A DNA stretch of 64,000 bases from Candidatus Latescibacterota bacterium (GTDB taxonomy: Bacteria; Latescibacterota; UBA2968): positions 3,936,001 to 4,000,000 of the forward strand of contig OZ244960.1 of assembly GCA_965222605.1 (NCBI GenBank). Reading direction: 5' to 3'. This document shows positions 18,924-28,861 of this stretch, piece by piece. Position 1 is the first letter of the stretch. Every line of letters begins with the position of its first letter. The notes under the pieces are model-generated. The model did not search any database, was not told the origin of the DNA, and was given only the letters and a program-made list of their open reading frames with translations. The translations under genes were made by a program, and so were the position numbers.

Positions 18924-21365
18924 GTGTTTAGAAATTATCTGATTATCGCGCTGAGAAATCTCAATCGGCAAAAATCCTTTAGTGCGATCAATATTTTGGG
19001 GCTTGCTATTGGTCTGGGCACGTGTTTTTTGATCGTGATCTATATTCAGGACGAGTTGAGTTTTGACAGTTGGCATGCAAAAGGAGATCGGATCTATCGC
19101 GTTATCCGGGAGACCCGATCCGGGGGGCAATCGGATTATTTGCCATTTACGTCGGGCGCGCTGGCACGCACACTCGAGCAGGACTTTCCCGAAGTGGAGA
19201 AAGCCGTACGCGTGATAAGGTGGAGTTCCGTAGATGTGCGTTTGGACGAAAAAAAATTTGAAATGAATGTCTGTGTTGCCGATCCCGAGATATTTGAAAT
19301 TTTCGACTTTCCATTTGCGCGCGGCAATCCCAAAACCGCATTTCCCAATCCAAATGCTATCGCCATAACAGAGTCGGCGGCAAAGCGGTTGTTTGGAGAC
19401 GAAGATCCGATGGGCAAGACCATCACCGCTAAGAGCAATCACCACGGAGGCGAGCGCACCATCACAGCGGTATTAAAAGATGTGCCCCACAATTCTACAC
19501 TGCAATTCGATTATGTTTCAACAGGTGGATTTACGTCCCCAGGCGCGAAATACGTCTGGGAAAATTGGATACCAACCGATGGCTGGCGTCCCGTCAATAC
19601 GTATTTTTTGCTGCGAGAAGGGGTGAATCTAAAAGGGCTATCCGCAAAATTTCCCGAATTTATTGATCGCTATATGGGCGCAGAGATCGCGCGTACAAAT
19701 GCATATCATCTCCAGCCTCTCAACCGCATTTATCTCTATTCGAGGCAGGACTACAATCTGGATTGGTACTTCGGTGATATTGATCGCGTTTATCAATTTG
19801 GTGCTATTGCAGTTCTGGTGCTTGCGATTGGATGTATCAATTTCACAAATTTGACCACGGCGCAATCGGCTCGCAGGGCACACGAGGTCGGGTTGCGAAA
19901 GGTATCCGGGGCGTATCGTTCACAACTGATGGGGCAGTTTTTGGGCGAGTCTGTTCTCACTTCATTGGTTGCACTTGTTCTCGCGCTTGTTGCCGTTAAA
20001 TTCGTGCTTCCCGAGTTTAATGCCTTTTTCTTCAAGCAGATCGAATTGAATTTGTCGAGTGATCCCGTGCTCGCAATTGCTTTGATCGGTATTGCCATAT
20101 TTGTCGGGCTGTTGGCCGGTGTCTATCCCGCATTTTTTCTTTCGGCTTATGAACCCACAGAGACGCTAAAGGGGGCGTTTCGCGCGGGTTTGCGGGGGCA
20201 GTGGATTCGAAAGGGGCTGGTGGTGGTGCAATTTGCGATTTCAATTATTTTGATCGCGAGTACGGGGGTGATCTATAGCCAACTCGACTATATTAAAAAT
20301 AAGCGCTTGGGGTTTAATACGGAACAGATGGTCCTCATGCGCATATTTGTGCTCGACCAGGAAACAAAATCAGATCCGGGGCAAAAGCTCGCCGCTCGTT
20401 ATGTCACGGTCAAACAGGCATTTCTCGCCCATCCGAATGTACTTGAAGCAACGGCTTATCGCTGGTGGACGGGATGGGGCGGGGGCATTACCCGAACCAT
20501 TCGGGCAGAGGGACACGAGGGTACAGACTGGCGTATGCCGCTTCTCGAGATCGATGAAGATTATCTCGATGTGTTTCAAATCGAACTGGTAGAGGGACGA
20601 AAATTTGATCCGATTGCATTTCCCACAGACACGTCGAAAGCTTTTATTATTAATGAAACGGCGGTGGCGAGGCTCGGTTGGGATGATCCCATCGGCAAAT
20701 CTTTTGAGTGGGTTGATCGGGTGAGAAATCGGAAGGGGACGGTGATTGGTGTTGTGCAAGACTTTCACTACAGTCCGTTGCACGAAAAAATTGGCCCCAT
20801 TGCGCTGACGCTTCGGCACCAGCAATTTTACAGTTTGGGCGTGCGCGTCAAAGCCGAAGACATGGAAGAGACGCTCGCTTTTTTTGAAAAGACCTGGAAG
20901 CGATTTGTTCCCGCAGATCAGCCGTTTGAATATATGATGTGGGATCAGCAGTTTGAATACATGTACTATGCAGAACAGCGGGCGCAGGCGCTTACAATGC
21001 TCTCTTCGGGGATGGCGATTTTGCTCGCGTGTATGGGTCTTTTTGGTCTTGCGGCATTTACGGTTGAGCAGCGCGTGAAAGAAATTGGGGTGCGAAAGAT
21101 TTTGGGCGCGAGTGTGTCAAATATTGTGATGCTAATTTCCAGGACATTTGCAATTATGGTTTTGCTTGCCAATTTGTTTGCATGGCCGGTTGCGTATTTT
21201 GCCATGCGAAATTGGCTGGACGGCTTTGCCTATCGCACGGATCTTTCGTGGTGGATATTTGTTGTAAGTGGCGCGGTCGCATTGGCGATTGCATTGCTTA
21301 CTGTGAGCTTCCACGCCCTTCGCGCGGCTCTGTCCAATCCGGTGGAAGCACTGCGGCATGAATAG
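18924..21365 (+). CDS. MacB/FtsX-like ABC transporter permease (duplicated)
   Basis: MFRNYLIIALRNL, INILGLAIG, CINFTNL..A..R.HEVGLRKV.GA, RVKEIGVRKILGAS, NPVEALRHE. Confidence 0.93.
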   Translation: MFRNYLIIALRNLNRQKSFSAINILGLAIGLGTCFLIVIYIQDELSFDSWHAKGDRIYRVIRETRSGGQSDYLPFTSGALARTLEQDFPEVEKAVRVIRWSSVDVRLDEKKFEMNVCVADPEIFEIFDFPFARGNPKTAFPNPNAIAITESAAKRLFGDEDPMGKTITAKSNHHGGERTITAVLKDVPHNSTLQFDYVSTGGFTSPGAKYVWENWIPTDGWRPVNTYFLLREGVNLKGLSAKFPEFIDRYMGAEIARTNAYHLQPLNRIYLYSRQDYNLDWYFGDIDRVYQFGAIAVLVLAIGCINFTNLTTAQSARRAHEVGLRKVSGAYRSQLMGQFLGESVLTSLVALVLALVAVKFVLPEFNAFFFKQIELNLSSDPVLAIALIGIAIFVGLLAGVYPAFFLSAYEPTETLKGAFRAGLRGQWIRKGLVVVQFAISIILIASTGVIYSQLDYIKNKRLGFNTEQMVLMRIFVLDQETKSDPGQKLAARYVTVKQAFLAHPNVLEATAYRWWTGWGGGITRTIRAEGHEGTDWRMPLLEIDEDYLDVFQIELVEGRKFDPIAFPTDTSKAFIINETAVARLGWDDPIGKSFEWVDRVRNRKGTVIGVVQDFHYSPLHEKIGPIALTLRHQQFYSLGVRVKAEDMEETLAFFEKTWKRFVPADQPFEYMMWDQQFEYMYYAEQRAQALTMLSSGMAILLACMGLFGLAAFTVEQRVKEIGVRKILGASVSNIVMLISRTFAIMVLLANLFAWPVAYFAMRNWLDGFAYRTDLSWWIFVVSGAVALAIALLTVSFHALRAALSNPVEALRHE

Positions 21366-21380
21366 ATTGACCGAATGAAA

Positions 21381-21412
21381 AAAAGGTCTGTGACACTCGT
21401 CACAGACCTTTT
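21381..21412. terminator. Bidirectional intrinsic terminator
   Basis: AAAAGGTCTGTGAC-ACTC-GTCACAGACCTTTT between convergent genes. Confidence 0.85.
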
Positions 21413-21431
21413 GCTTTTTATGGGTGGTCGT

Positions 21432-22064
21432 TTAATCAGCGGGTTGCTGTATGACGCGCAAATAGGGTTTCACTGCGGTGTATCCGGGGAAGCGTTTGGC
21501 GGCATCTTCATCTGAAACTGTGGGTGAAATAATCACATCATCGCCGGGTCGCCAGTTCACTGGCGTGGCCAAACTGTGCTTGGCCGTCAGTTGCAGGGAA
21601 TCGACTACGCGCAAAATTTCGTCGAAGTTTCGGCCCGTGGATGCCGGGTAAGTGAGCATCAGTTTGATCGTCTTGTCGGGACCAATTACAAATACCGAGC
21701 GGACGGTTAGTGTATTATCTGCATTGGGATGGATCATCTCGTAGAGATCGGCCACTGTGCGGTCGGGGTCGGCGATCATCGGATAATTCACGGTTGCATT
21801 TTGCGTTTCGTTGATGTCGCTAATCCAGCCTTCATGAGATTCGAGGGGGTCAACGCTGATTGCTAAAACTTTGACTCCGCGCTTCTCAAATTCGTCCTTA
21901 ATATTCGCCATGGCACCCAATTCGGTGGTGCATACCGGCGTGTAGTCGGCGGGATGGGAAAACAGAATGCCCCAGCCATCGCCCAACCATTCGTGAAAGT
22001 TGACGGTGCCTTCCGTGGTTTCTGCGGTAAAGTCGGGGGCAACATCGCCTAATTGCAATGACAT
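21432..22064 (-). CDS. 1-Cys peroxiredoxin (Prx6)
   Basis: FSHPADYTPVCTTELG, YPASTGRNFDEILR, TPVNW; start MSLQLGD after an AAAGGA RBS. Confidence 0.95.
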   Translation of the reverse strand: MSLQLGDVAPDFTAETTEGTVNFHEWLGDGWGILFSHPADYTPVCTTELGAMANIKDEFEKRGVKVLAISVDPLESHEGWISDINETQNATVNYPMIADPDRTVADLYEMIHPNADNTLTVRSVFVIGPDKTIKLMLTYPASTGRNFDEILRVVDSLQLTAKHSLATPVNWRPGDDVIISPTVSDEDAAKRFPGYTAVKPYLRVIQQPAD

Positions 22065-22251
22065 AGCATAATCCTTTCTATTGGATTGTGGAGGAGATAA
22101 AGACATTAAAACCAGACTGCGTGGCGATAATATAAGACAAAACTACATAGCGTCAAGTTGTCACGTCTATCGCGTTGTTGCATGAGGTGGAGCTTTGGAA
22201 TATATTCGGTGGAAGCAGGCTGGTGGTTTGATGAACTCAAGGGAGGAGATT

Positions 22252-24447
22252 GTGTCCACGATTCATTTTGATAAACTTTCGATGTACGACCGCATTGGCG
22301 AACCCGTTTCGATTGGTATCCCATTTGCCCAGGGGCGACTCATCGACTCTGGGCAATTTGGTATTTGTAATAATGGAACAGATATACCGGTTCAAACCGA
22401 TGTTACAGCGTGCTGGGACGATGGATCGATCAAGTGGCTTATGGCGCATTTTCTGGCCGATCTTCCCGGCAATGCGGCACATGAACTTACTTTTGCTACT
22501 GATGGCAGTATTTCTACGCCTGTTCCCGATGAGAGGACTACGGTGACGCAACGGGGAGATCTTTATACGATTGATACAGGTGTTCTTTCTGTTGATATTG
22601 GGCTCGGTACGGATCTGTTCAAGGCGATTCGCGTAAATGATACCGAATGGTTTGGTGCAAATACTTCTTTTAGTATAACCGATGCAGAAGGCGTGTCGTA
22701 TTTCGCTAATATCGATACCATTAACGTTCTCGAATCAGGCCCTGTGCGGAGTCTTGTTGAATGTGCGGGTAAGCACGTTGGCGATGCAGGTACATTGTTT
22801 GATATGCGCGTTCTGATCGAAGCATGGGCAGGCAAATCTCATATTCGTCTGGACTATCAGTTTATCAATCGGGAGAAGGCAACGAGTGTTGATGTGTCCG
22901 AGATTGCGCTGAAATTCGCCGCATCGGGTGTGGGCGATGTGCGATGTGCTACTGGAGAAGGTTATTATCGCACTGACATCAGAGAAGGTGAGAATGCGCG
23001 TCTTCTGGATGCTGAGACTATTGTTTTTCAGTCTGTTGAACACGTACTTGAGACGTTTTACGGCGATTTCTGGACGGACTGGTGCGATGCTGAAAAAGGC
23101 GTTTGTTTTACGCCTTTTCAAGCGCATCAAAATTTTCCCAAAGGGATTGCAGTTGGCGAAGATGGTGTTGACTTTGATATTTATCCCGCAAGTCAGGATC
23201 CCGTCAAAATTTTGCAAGGCGTGGCCAAAACCCATCGCATGCAATTTTATTTTCATACCTCTGCTATGTCTCTGGACGATGTTGTTGTACAATCGCTCCA
23301 ATTTCAATATCCGGATATCGGTATTCTGCCTGAATCATGGTATCGCGAGGCCAGTGTGTGGGAGAATCTTTTTCCTACGAATAAAAATCAGGCTATTGAA
23401 GCCAGTATTATCAATATGGCAGATGGGCGCAATCAGGGCCTTGGGATGATGCACTGGGGCGATGGTCCCGATCACGGGTACACGCAGCAGGGACGCGGCA
23501 AAGGGGAGCTCGTGTGGACCAATAATGAGTACGATTTTCCACACGCGATGTTTTTGCTCTATGCGAAGACGGGAGAGCGTCGGTTTAGAGATGTTGCGTG
23601 TGTGGCTGCCCAACACTGGATTGACGTGGATTTTTGTCATTACAGCGAAGATCCACTCAAAATGGGTGGGCAACCCATTCATACGGCGGGACATGTGACG
23701 GGCGGTGTAACGCCTTCGCACGAGTGGACCGAGGGGTTGCTGGACTACTATCACATGACTGGCAAACGGGAGGCTCGCGAAAAGGCGATTTCCATTGCGG
23801 ATAATATGATTCGCCATCTCGATTCGCCCAAATTTGCTCGCGCTGGGGGGCAGCAAGCGCGTGAAACTGGCTGGGCGATGCGCGGTCTGATTGCTGTGTA
23901 TATCGAGACAAAGGAAGAAAAATATCTCGATGCATGTGACAAAATTGCCGAGCAATTTATCGAGTGGAAACAAAAATGGGGTGCTTTTCTCGCGCCTTAT
24001 ACCGCGCATACCCTGGTGCGGGTACCTTTTATGATTTCTATAGCGATCAACGCGCTGCATCGGTATTATACCGCTACGGGAGACGATCGGATTCCGCCAC
24101 TTATTGTGGAGGAAATGAGGGATTTGCTCGATCATTGCGTGATGCCCGATGGCAGATTTTTCTATAAAGAATTGCCCAGTCTTCAGCGGCGGGCGGGCGG
24201 TCCTCGAGAAATGGAAGCAGTGTGCCATGCCTACGAGCACTCGGGTGATAAACGCTTTTTGGAACATGCTGCCCATATGATGAAATCCACGCGGCCGAGT
24301 GGCAGCCGAAGTGGCAAGCGGATTGTTAAAGATCTCGTTGGAGATACGGTGCTTTTCGATGGCTCAGGTCCCAAATCATTTGCTTCTTTTTATGTGCCGT
24401 TTATGTCTTCGTACAAGATTCTATCGGATGAGAATTGCCTGACTTGA
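22252..24447 (+). CDS. YetA/exo-rhamnogalacturonan-lyase-like carbohydrate-active protein
   Basis: GIPF..G, WDDGSIKW, ESGPVR, GMMHWGD, WTNNEYD, H..DVD..H, SHEWTEGL, RETGW; (alpha/alpha)6-type C-terminus. Confidence 0.6.
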   Translation: MSTIHFDKLSMYDRIGEPVSIGIPFAQGRLIDSGQFGICNNGTDIPVQTDVTACWDDGSIKWLMAHFLADLPGNAAHELTFATDGSISTPVPDERTTVTQRGDLYTIDTGVLSVDIGLGTDLFKAIRVNDTEWFGANTSFSITDAEGVSYFANIDTINVLESGPVRSLVECAGKHVGDAGTLFDMRVLIEAWAGKSHIRLDYQFINREKATSVDVSEIALKFAASGVGDVRCATGEGYYRTDIREGENARLLDAETIVFQSVEHVLETFYGDFWTDWCDAEKGVCFTPFQAHQNFPKGIAVGEDGVDFDIYPASQDPVKILQGVAKTHRMQFYFHTSAMSLDDVVVQSLQFQYPDIGILPESWYREASVWENLFPTNKNQAIEASIINMADGRNQGLGMMHWGDGPDHGYTQQGRGKGELVWTNNEYDFPHAMFLLYAKTGERRFRDVACVAAQHWIDVDFCHYSEDPLKMGGQPIHTAGHVTGGVTPSHEWTEGLLDYYHMTGKREAREKAISIADNMIRHLDSPKFARAGGQQARETGWAMRGLIAVYIETKEEKYLDACDKIAEQFIEWKQKWGAFLAPYTAHTLVRVPFMISIAINALHRYYTATGDDRIPPLIVEEMRDLLDHCVMPDGRFFYKELPSLQRRAGGPREMEAVCHAYEHSGDKRFLEHAAHMMKSTRPSGSRSGKRIVKDLVGDTVLFDGSGPKSFASFYVPFMSSYKILSDENCLT

Positions 24448-24512
24448 TTTGAGGCTGACAAATAGTTACTTTTCAAAAGTTGCGTTTGGTTCGAGAATTT
24501 TCGGGAGGATGA

Positions 24513-25526
24513 ATGAAATATCGCCAGTTGGGACGCTGTGGGCTTAAAGTTTCTGAGATCTGCCTGGGTACTATGACCTTTGGCAATGGTGCTGACAAAG
24601 CTGAATCCAAACGGCTGGTCGATCTGGCTATGGATCGCGGTGTCAATTTTTTTGATACGGCCAATTCTTATGCCGACGGTTTGTCGGAAGATTATCTGGG
24701 CAGGGTACTTAAGGGGCGACGAAGAAATGCTGTTGTTGCGACCAAGTTCTACAATCCCGTGGGATCAGGTCCCAATGATTCGGGTATGTCGCGTTTTCAC
24801 ATCATGCAGGCGATTGAAGACAGTCTGCAACGCCTCGGCATGGATTATATCGATATTTACTATATTCACCATGTTGACCAGCAGACACCGATGGAAGAAA
24901 TGCTTCGCGCTCTGGACGACCTGGTGCATCAAGGCAAGGTGCGCTATATTGCCTGTAGTAACTATCAGGCATGGCGTTTGATGGATGCGCTGTGGATTAG
25001 CGATCACAATGGCCTGTCGCGCTTTGTGTGCTATCAGCCGCAATACAGCCTTGTCGTGCGCGATATTGAGCAAGAACTCATTCCCGTTTGTCAGGCCAAA
25101 GGGTTGGGAGTGGTTGTTTGGAGTCCTTTGGCGGGTGGCTTTCTCTCTGGGAAATACAAACCCGGCGAACGCACTTATCCAGGATCGCGCTCTGAAGAAG
25201 GGTGGGGTTATCCCCAAAAGTATTTTGCGGATAATGCCGATGAGACATTGACCGAATTGTTTAAGGTGGCTGACGAACTGGGGCGCAGCCCTGCACAGGT
25301 TGCTTTGCGCTGGGTGCTCGAACAACCCGCAATCACATCTGCTATTGTTGGGGCGCGTACTCTTGCACATTTCGAAGACAATATTCAGTCCGCAGATTTC
25401 CGCCTCGAAGGCGAGTATCTCGAGCGTCTCAACAATATTTCGCATTTGCCAGACCGCTATCCAGAGGCAATGGAGAAAGATCGGGATGTGCAGCGGCTCG
25501 AGGCTGTGCAGGTGTCGGGTAGTTAA
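24513..25526 (+). CDS. Aldo/keto reductase
   Basis: LGRCGLKVSEICLGTMTFG, FFDTANSY, SLQRLGMDYIDIYYIH, WSPLAGGFLSGKY. Confidence 0.95.
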   Translation: MKYRQLGRCGLKVSEICLGTMTFGNGADKAESKRLVDLAMDRGVNFFDTANSYADGLSEDYLGRVLKGRRRNAVVATKFYNPVGSGPNDSGMSRFHIMQAIEDSLQRLGMDYIDIYYIHHVDQQTPMEEMLRALDDLVHQGKVRYIACSNYQAWRLMDALWISDHNGLSRFVCYQPQYSLVVRDIEQELIPVCQAKGLGVVVWSPLAGGFLSGKYKPGERTYPGSRSEEGWGYPQKYFADNADETLTELFKVADELGRSPAQVALRWVLEQPAITSAIVGARTLAHFEDNIQSADFRLEGEYLERLNNISHLPDRYPEAMEKDRDVQRLEAVQVSGS

Positions 25527-25559
25527 TATTCATACAAATAAACTGTGGGTGAAAATTCT

Positions 25560-26498
25560 ATGGCTTTTGATGAAATAGGTGAGACGGGTATCCAGCAAGT
25601 GAATGACTCCATGAAGATTCTTATGGGGGAGTTGAATAATTTCCAGGATATTGCCCGCTACGTCAAACCATTGCCGGGGGAAATACCCACGCTCGATGGT
25701 ATTGATATTTACGGTGAGACCATTCCGCTCAACGGTATTGTGGGTGGCGATCATATTGTCTATGTTGATTTTAAGAAGCGCTACGATCTCGATGCTCGGA
25801 TAAAAAAAGCCCGCGGTCGCGGGCAGGATGATGTTGTCAAAAAGCTGGAGGAATGTCGCTTTAAAGCGGGTGTGGCAGTGGCCGATGTTTCGGGGCACCA
25901 AATTACGGACGCGCTTCTCGCCGCGATGCTTCACCAGGCTTTTTTGATGGGTGCGATTTACGAAATGGATTATTATGGCAATATCACGGCCAAGTTGTTT
26001 GAAAATCTCAATACGCGGTTTTACAATTCGTCGAGTCTCAGCAAATTTATTACGATGATTTACGGTGAGATATCTCAGGAGGGACATTTCCAGTTCTTAT
26101 CGGCGGGGCATCCCATGCCGCTGGTCTATTCGCGCAAGTACAAAGGTATTGTCGAAGTGCCCGAAGATAGAATGATTGCTTCTCCGCCCATTGGTACGTT
26201 TCCTTCGCAACGCGACATTGATCGCAATATCAATGAGAGTGTGCTCGGCTTTAAGGAAGAATATGAACTTAACGAATGGGATTTAATGGGCGCGGGCGAT
26301 ATTCTCATTCTTTACACCGATGGTCTAATTGAACACCACCGCAATGGCGAGTTTTACGCGCCGCATTATCTCGAACAAAAACTCCGCGAGATTGAAGACT
26401 TGACTTCCAAAGAAATTTTCCACGCCATCAAAGAAGACCTCATCGCTTTCAATGCACCCGATGATGATATCAGTTATGTTATTATTAAGCGACATTAA
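25560..26498 (+). CDS. PP2C/SpoIIE family protein phosphatase
   Basis: VGGDH, ADVSGH, SAGHP, LYTDGL, DDIS. Confidence 0.88.
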   Translation: MAFDEIGETGIQQVNDSMKILMGELNNFQDIARYVKPLPGEIPTLDGIDIYGETIPLNGIVGGDHIVYVDFKKRYDLDARIKKARGRGQDDVVKKLEECRFKAGVAVADVSGHQITDALLAAMLHQAFLMGAIYEMDYYGNITAKLFENLNTRFYNSSSLSKFITMIYGEISQEGHFQFLSAGHPMPLVYSRKYKGIVEVPEDRMIASPPIGTFPSQRDIDRNINESVLGFKEEYELNEWDLMGAGDILILYTDGLIEHHRNGEFYAPHYLEQKLREIEDLTSKEIFHAIKEDLIAFNAPDDDISYVIIKRH

Positions 26499-26562
26499 AT
26501 CACGGGTTGTGGTCCAACATACTTCGCCCTGGGCCTGATCAACAGGTCTGCCTCCTGCTGCA

Positions 26563-27798
26563 CTATCCTTCTTCTACCTCATCCAATGCGCCTACTTTTC
26601 TCAAGCGCGGGGAAGCTATTGCTGTTATACCTGTAACCAAAAGCGTTCCGATGCCGCCGCTTACTACGGAAAATACAGGTCCATACAATTCTGCTACGCC
26701 TCCAGATTCGAGGCCTCCCAGTTCATTTGACGCGCTTACAAATACTCCGTTTACAGCGGATACCCTGCCGCGCATTGCATCGGGGGTGATTAACTGTACG
26801 AGTGTGTGGCGAATGACCATGCTCACGTTGTCAAATGCCCCGGTCAAGACGAGCATCGCAAATGACAACCAGAAGTTTTCCGATAATCCAAATACAATGG
26901 TTGCTATGCCAAATCCGGCCACGGTGAGGAGTAAATTTCTGCCGGCTTTTTTCATTGGCGGCAAGTGTGCCAGTGTCAGTGCCATTATCAGGGCGCCCGC
27001 CGCGGGTGCTGATCGCAAAATTCCGAATCCCTGGGATCCCACATTTAAGATGTCCTGCGCGTAAATCGGCAATAAATACACGGCCCCGCCCAATAGCACG
27101 GCAAACATGTCCAGTGCCATGAGCGACAAAAGCAATTGGTTGTTCTTCAGAAATACCAGCCCGCCCATCAGATTTTGCAGCGGTGAAACCCGCGCTGCAT
27201 TTTTATCGCGTTCTACGGGCGGTACGCGCAATCGGGATAATACCAGCAAAAACCATCCTGTACATCCGGCACTTGCCAGGTACGCCGCAGGGACATAGAC
27301 CGCTGCAATCAAGCCTCCGATCATAGGTCCCACTACCCACGCCATTTGCATTAAACTCATGCTCCATGCTACGGCATTGGGAAACATCTCGCGCGGTACC
27401 AGTTGCGGTACAATTGCCCGCCGTGCAGGCGCACCGAGTACGGTTATTGCAGCATCGACCACGAGCAGGGCGTACATCAGGGCAATTGGTCCTTGCTTCC
27501 ACGACACTGCGGCCAGAGCCAGAGAGGTTATGGTCGTGCCCGTTAAGCTCAACATCATGACTGTGCGTCGGTTAAAGCGGTCGGCGAGATAACCTGCCGG
27601 GAGTGCTAAGATCATTGTCGGCAATGCAATCGCCAGGCCCACCAGGCCGAGCGCGAGTGCTTGCCCGGTGCGCGCATACATTTCCCATCCTATGGCGGCA
27701 CTCTGAATTTGCATTCCGACCAATGCGGCAAACCAACCCAGCGCGTATAACCGAAATTCCCTCACATGAAATGCTTCATAGGGATTGTGTTTTGTCAA
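26563..27798 (-). CDS. MFS transporter (EntS/MFS_3-like)
   Basis: About 12 hydrophobic segments, AGYLADRFNRR, DMFAVLLGG, MRGRVSAVN..F..ASNELG. Confidence 0.92.
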   Translation of the reverse strand: MTKHNPYEAFHVREFRLYALGWFAALVGMQIQSAAIGWEMYARTGQALALGLVGLAIALPTMILALPAGYLADRFNRRTVMMLSLTGTTITSLALAAVSWKQGPIALMYALLVVDAAITVLGAPARRAIVPQLVPREMFPNAVAWSMSLMQMAWVVGPMIGGLIAAVYVPAAYLASAGCTGWFLLVLSRLRVPPVERDKNAARVSPLQNLMGGLVFLKNNQLLLSLMALDMFAVLLGGAVYLLPIYAQDILNVGSQGFGILRSAPAAGALIMALTLAHLPPMKKAGRNLLLTVAGFGIATIVFGLSENFWLSFAMLVLTGAFDNVSMVIRHTLVQLITPDAMRGRVSAVNGVFVSASNELGGLESGGVAELYGPVFSVVSGGIGTLLVTGITAIASPRLRKVGALDEVEEG

Positions 27799-27975
27799 TA
27801 TGATTCCGTTTCACTTTTGTTCGTAAGAATTACGTCAGATTCAGACATGATAGCCAACTTACGCCCGATGTCAACACATCGCTAAAAGCTGTGTGTTTGC
27901 GCTTGACATTTCTTTGAATGATAACTATACATGTGTTCAGTATTTATCTGTTCAAAATAGTCTCAAGGAGAATCC

Positions 27976-28824
27976 ATGCGACGTACCTTTCAATTCGACG
28001 ACAATACCCCGCCTCTTTGTCGCCTGGGTCTGGCTACGCGCGGCAATACCCACTTGCAACCCGCCGATGTCCATTATGCGGTTGAGCGGGGTGTCAATTA
28101 TCTCAATTGGTGCGGTCGTCCCGATGGCTTGAGCCGCGCTGTTGCGGGCATGGGTGCGGAACGAGAGAAAATTGTACTGGCCTGGCAACTCAAATCCAGG
28201 GCTGCTTCAGGTGCCGAACGGGAGCTTGAAGATGCATTGTGCGAACTGAATACCGACTATATAGATGTTGTGACCTTTTACTATGTAGAAAGCGAAGGCG
28301 AATGGCGCGATATTGCGTCCAACGGGGGTGCGTACGAAGCCATGTTTCGCGCTCGTGAGCAGGGCAAGGTGCGCTTTCTCGGCCTTACAAGCCACCAGCG
28401 CAATATGGCCGCTCGCATTGCTGTGGGCGACCTCCGCGCGCCTGAACAGATTGCGTCCCGCCCTCTGGATATGCTCATGCTCCGCTATAATGCCGCGCAT
28501 CGCGGTGCAGAAGAGGATGTGTTTCCGTTGACCGATCCACGCAATATTCCGGTGGTTGTTTATACCTGCCTGCGCTGGGGCGCTTTGATGGAGCCTACCC
28601 CGGACGATCCGCCCAATTTTGTACCGCCTCCTGCAAGAGAATGGTACCGCTTTGCACTGGCCAATCCCTCCGTCGCTATTGCCATTGCAGCGCCCAATGA
28701 TCGCTCGGAACTCGAGCACGATTTTTCTTTGTTGGACGACTGGCGAGCGCCCTCTCCTGAAGAAAACGAGATGCTTATAGCACACGGAGACCGCGTGTAT
28801 CAACACGCTGGTCGCTTTCCATAG
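27976..28824 (+). CDS. Aldo/keto reductase family oxidoreductase
   Basis: GVNY.N, LNTDYIDV, EQGKVRFLGLTSHQR, LRYNAAHRGAE. Confidence 0.8.
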   Translation: MRRTFQFDDNTPPLCRLGLATRGNTHLQPADVHYAVERGVNYLNWCGRPDGLSRAVAGMGAEREKIVLAWQLKSRAASGAERELEDALCELNTDYIDVVTFYYVESEGEWRDIASNGGAYEAMFRAREQGKVRFLGLTSHQRNMAARIAVGDLRAPEQIASRPLDMLMLRYNAAHRGAEEDVFPLTDPRNIPVVVYTCLRWGALMEPTPDDPPNFVPPPAREWYRFALANPSVAIAIAAPNDRSELEHDFSLLDDWRAPSPEENEMLIAHGDRVYQHAGRFP

Positions 28825-28861
28825 ATTTGTGACTGGAGTAAAAATAGAGAAAGGAATTCAC

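Noticed and set aside
23335-24276. 313-aa minus-strand ORF (likewise 28775..29725, 33459..34364, 2040..2900)
   Set aside because: Opposite-strand shadows of well-supported genes.
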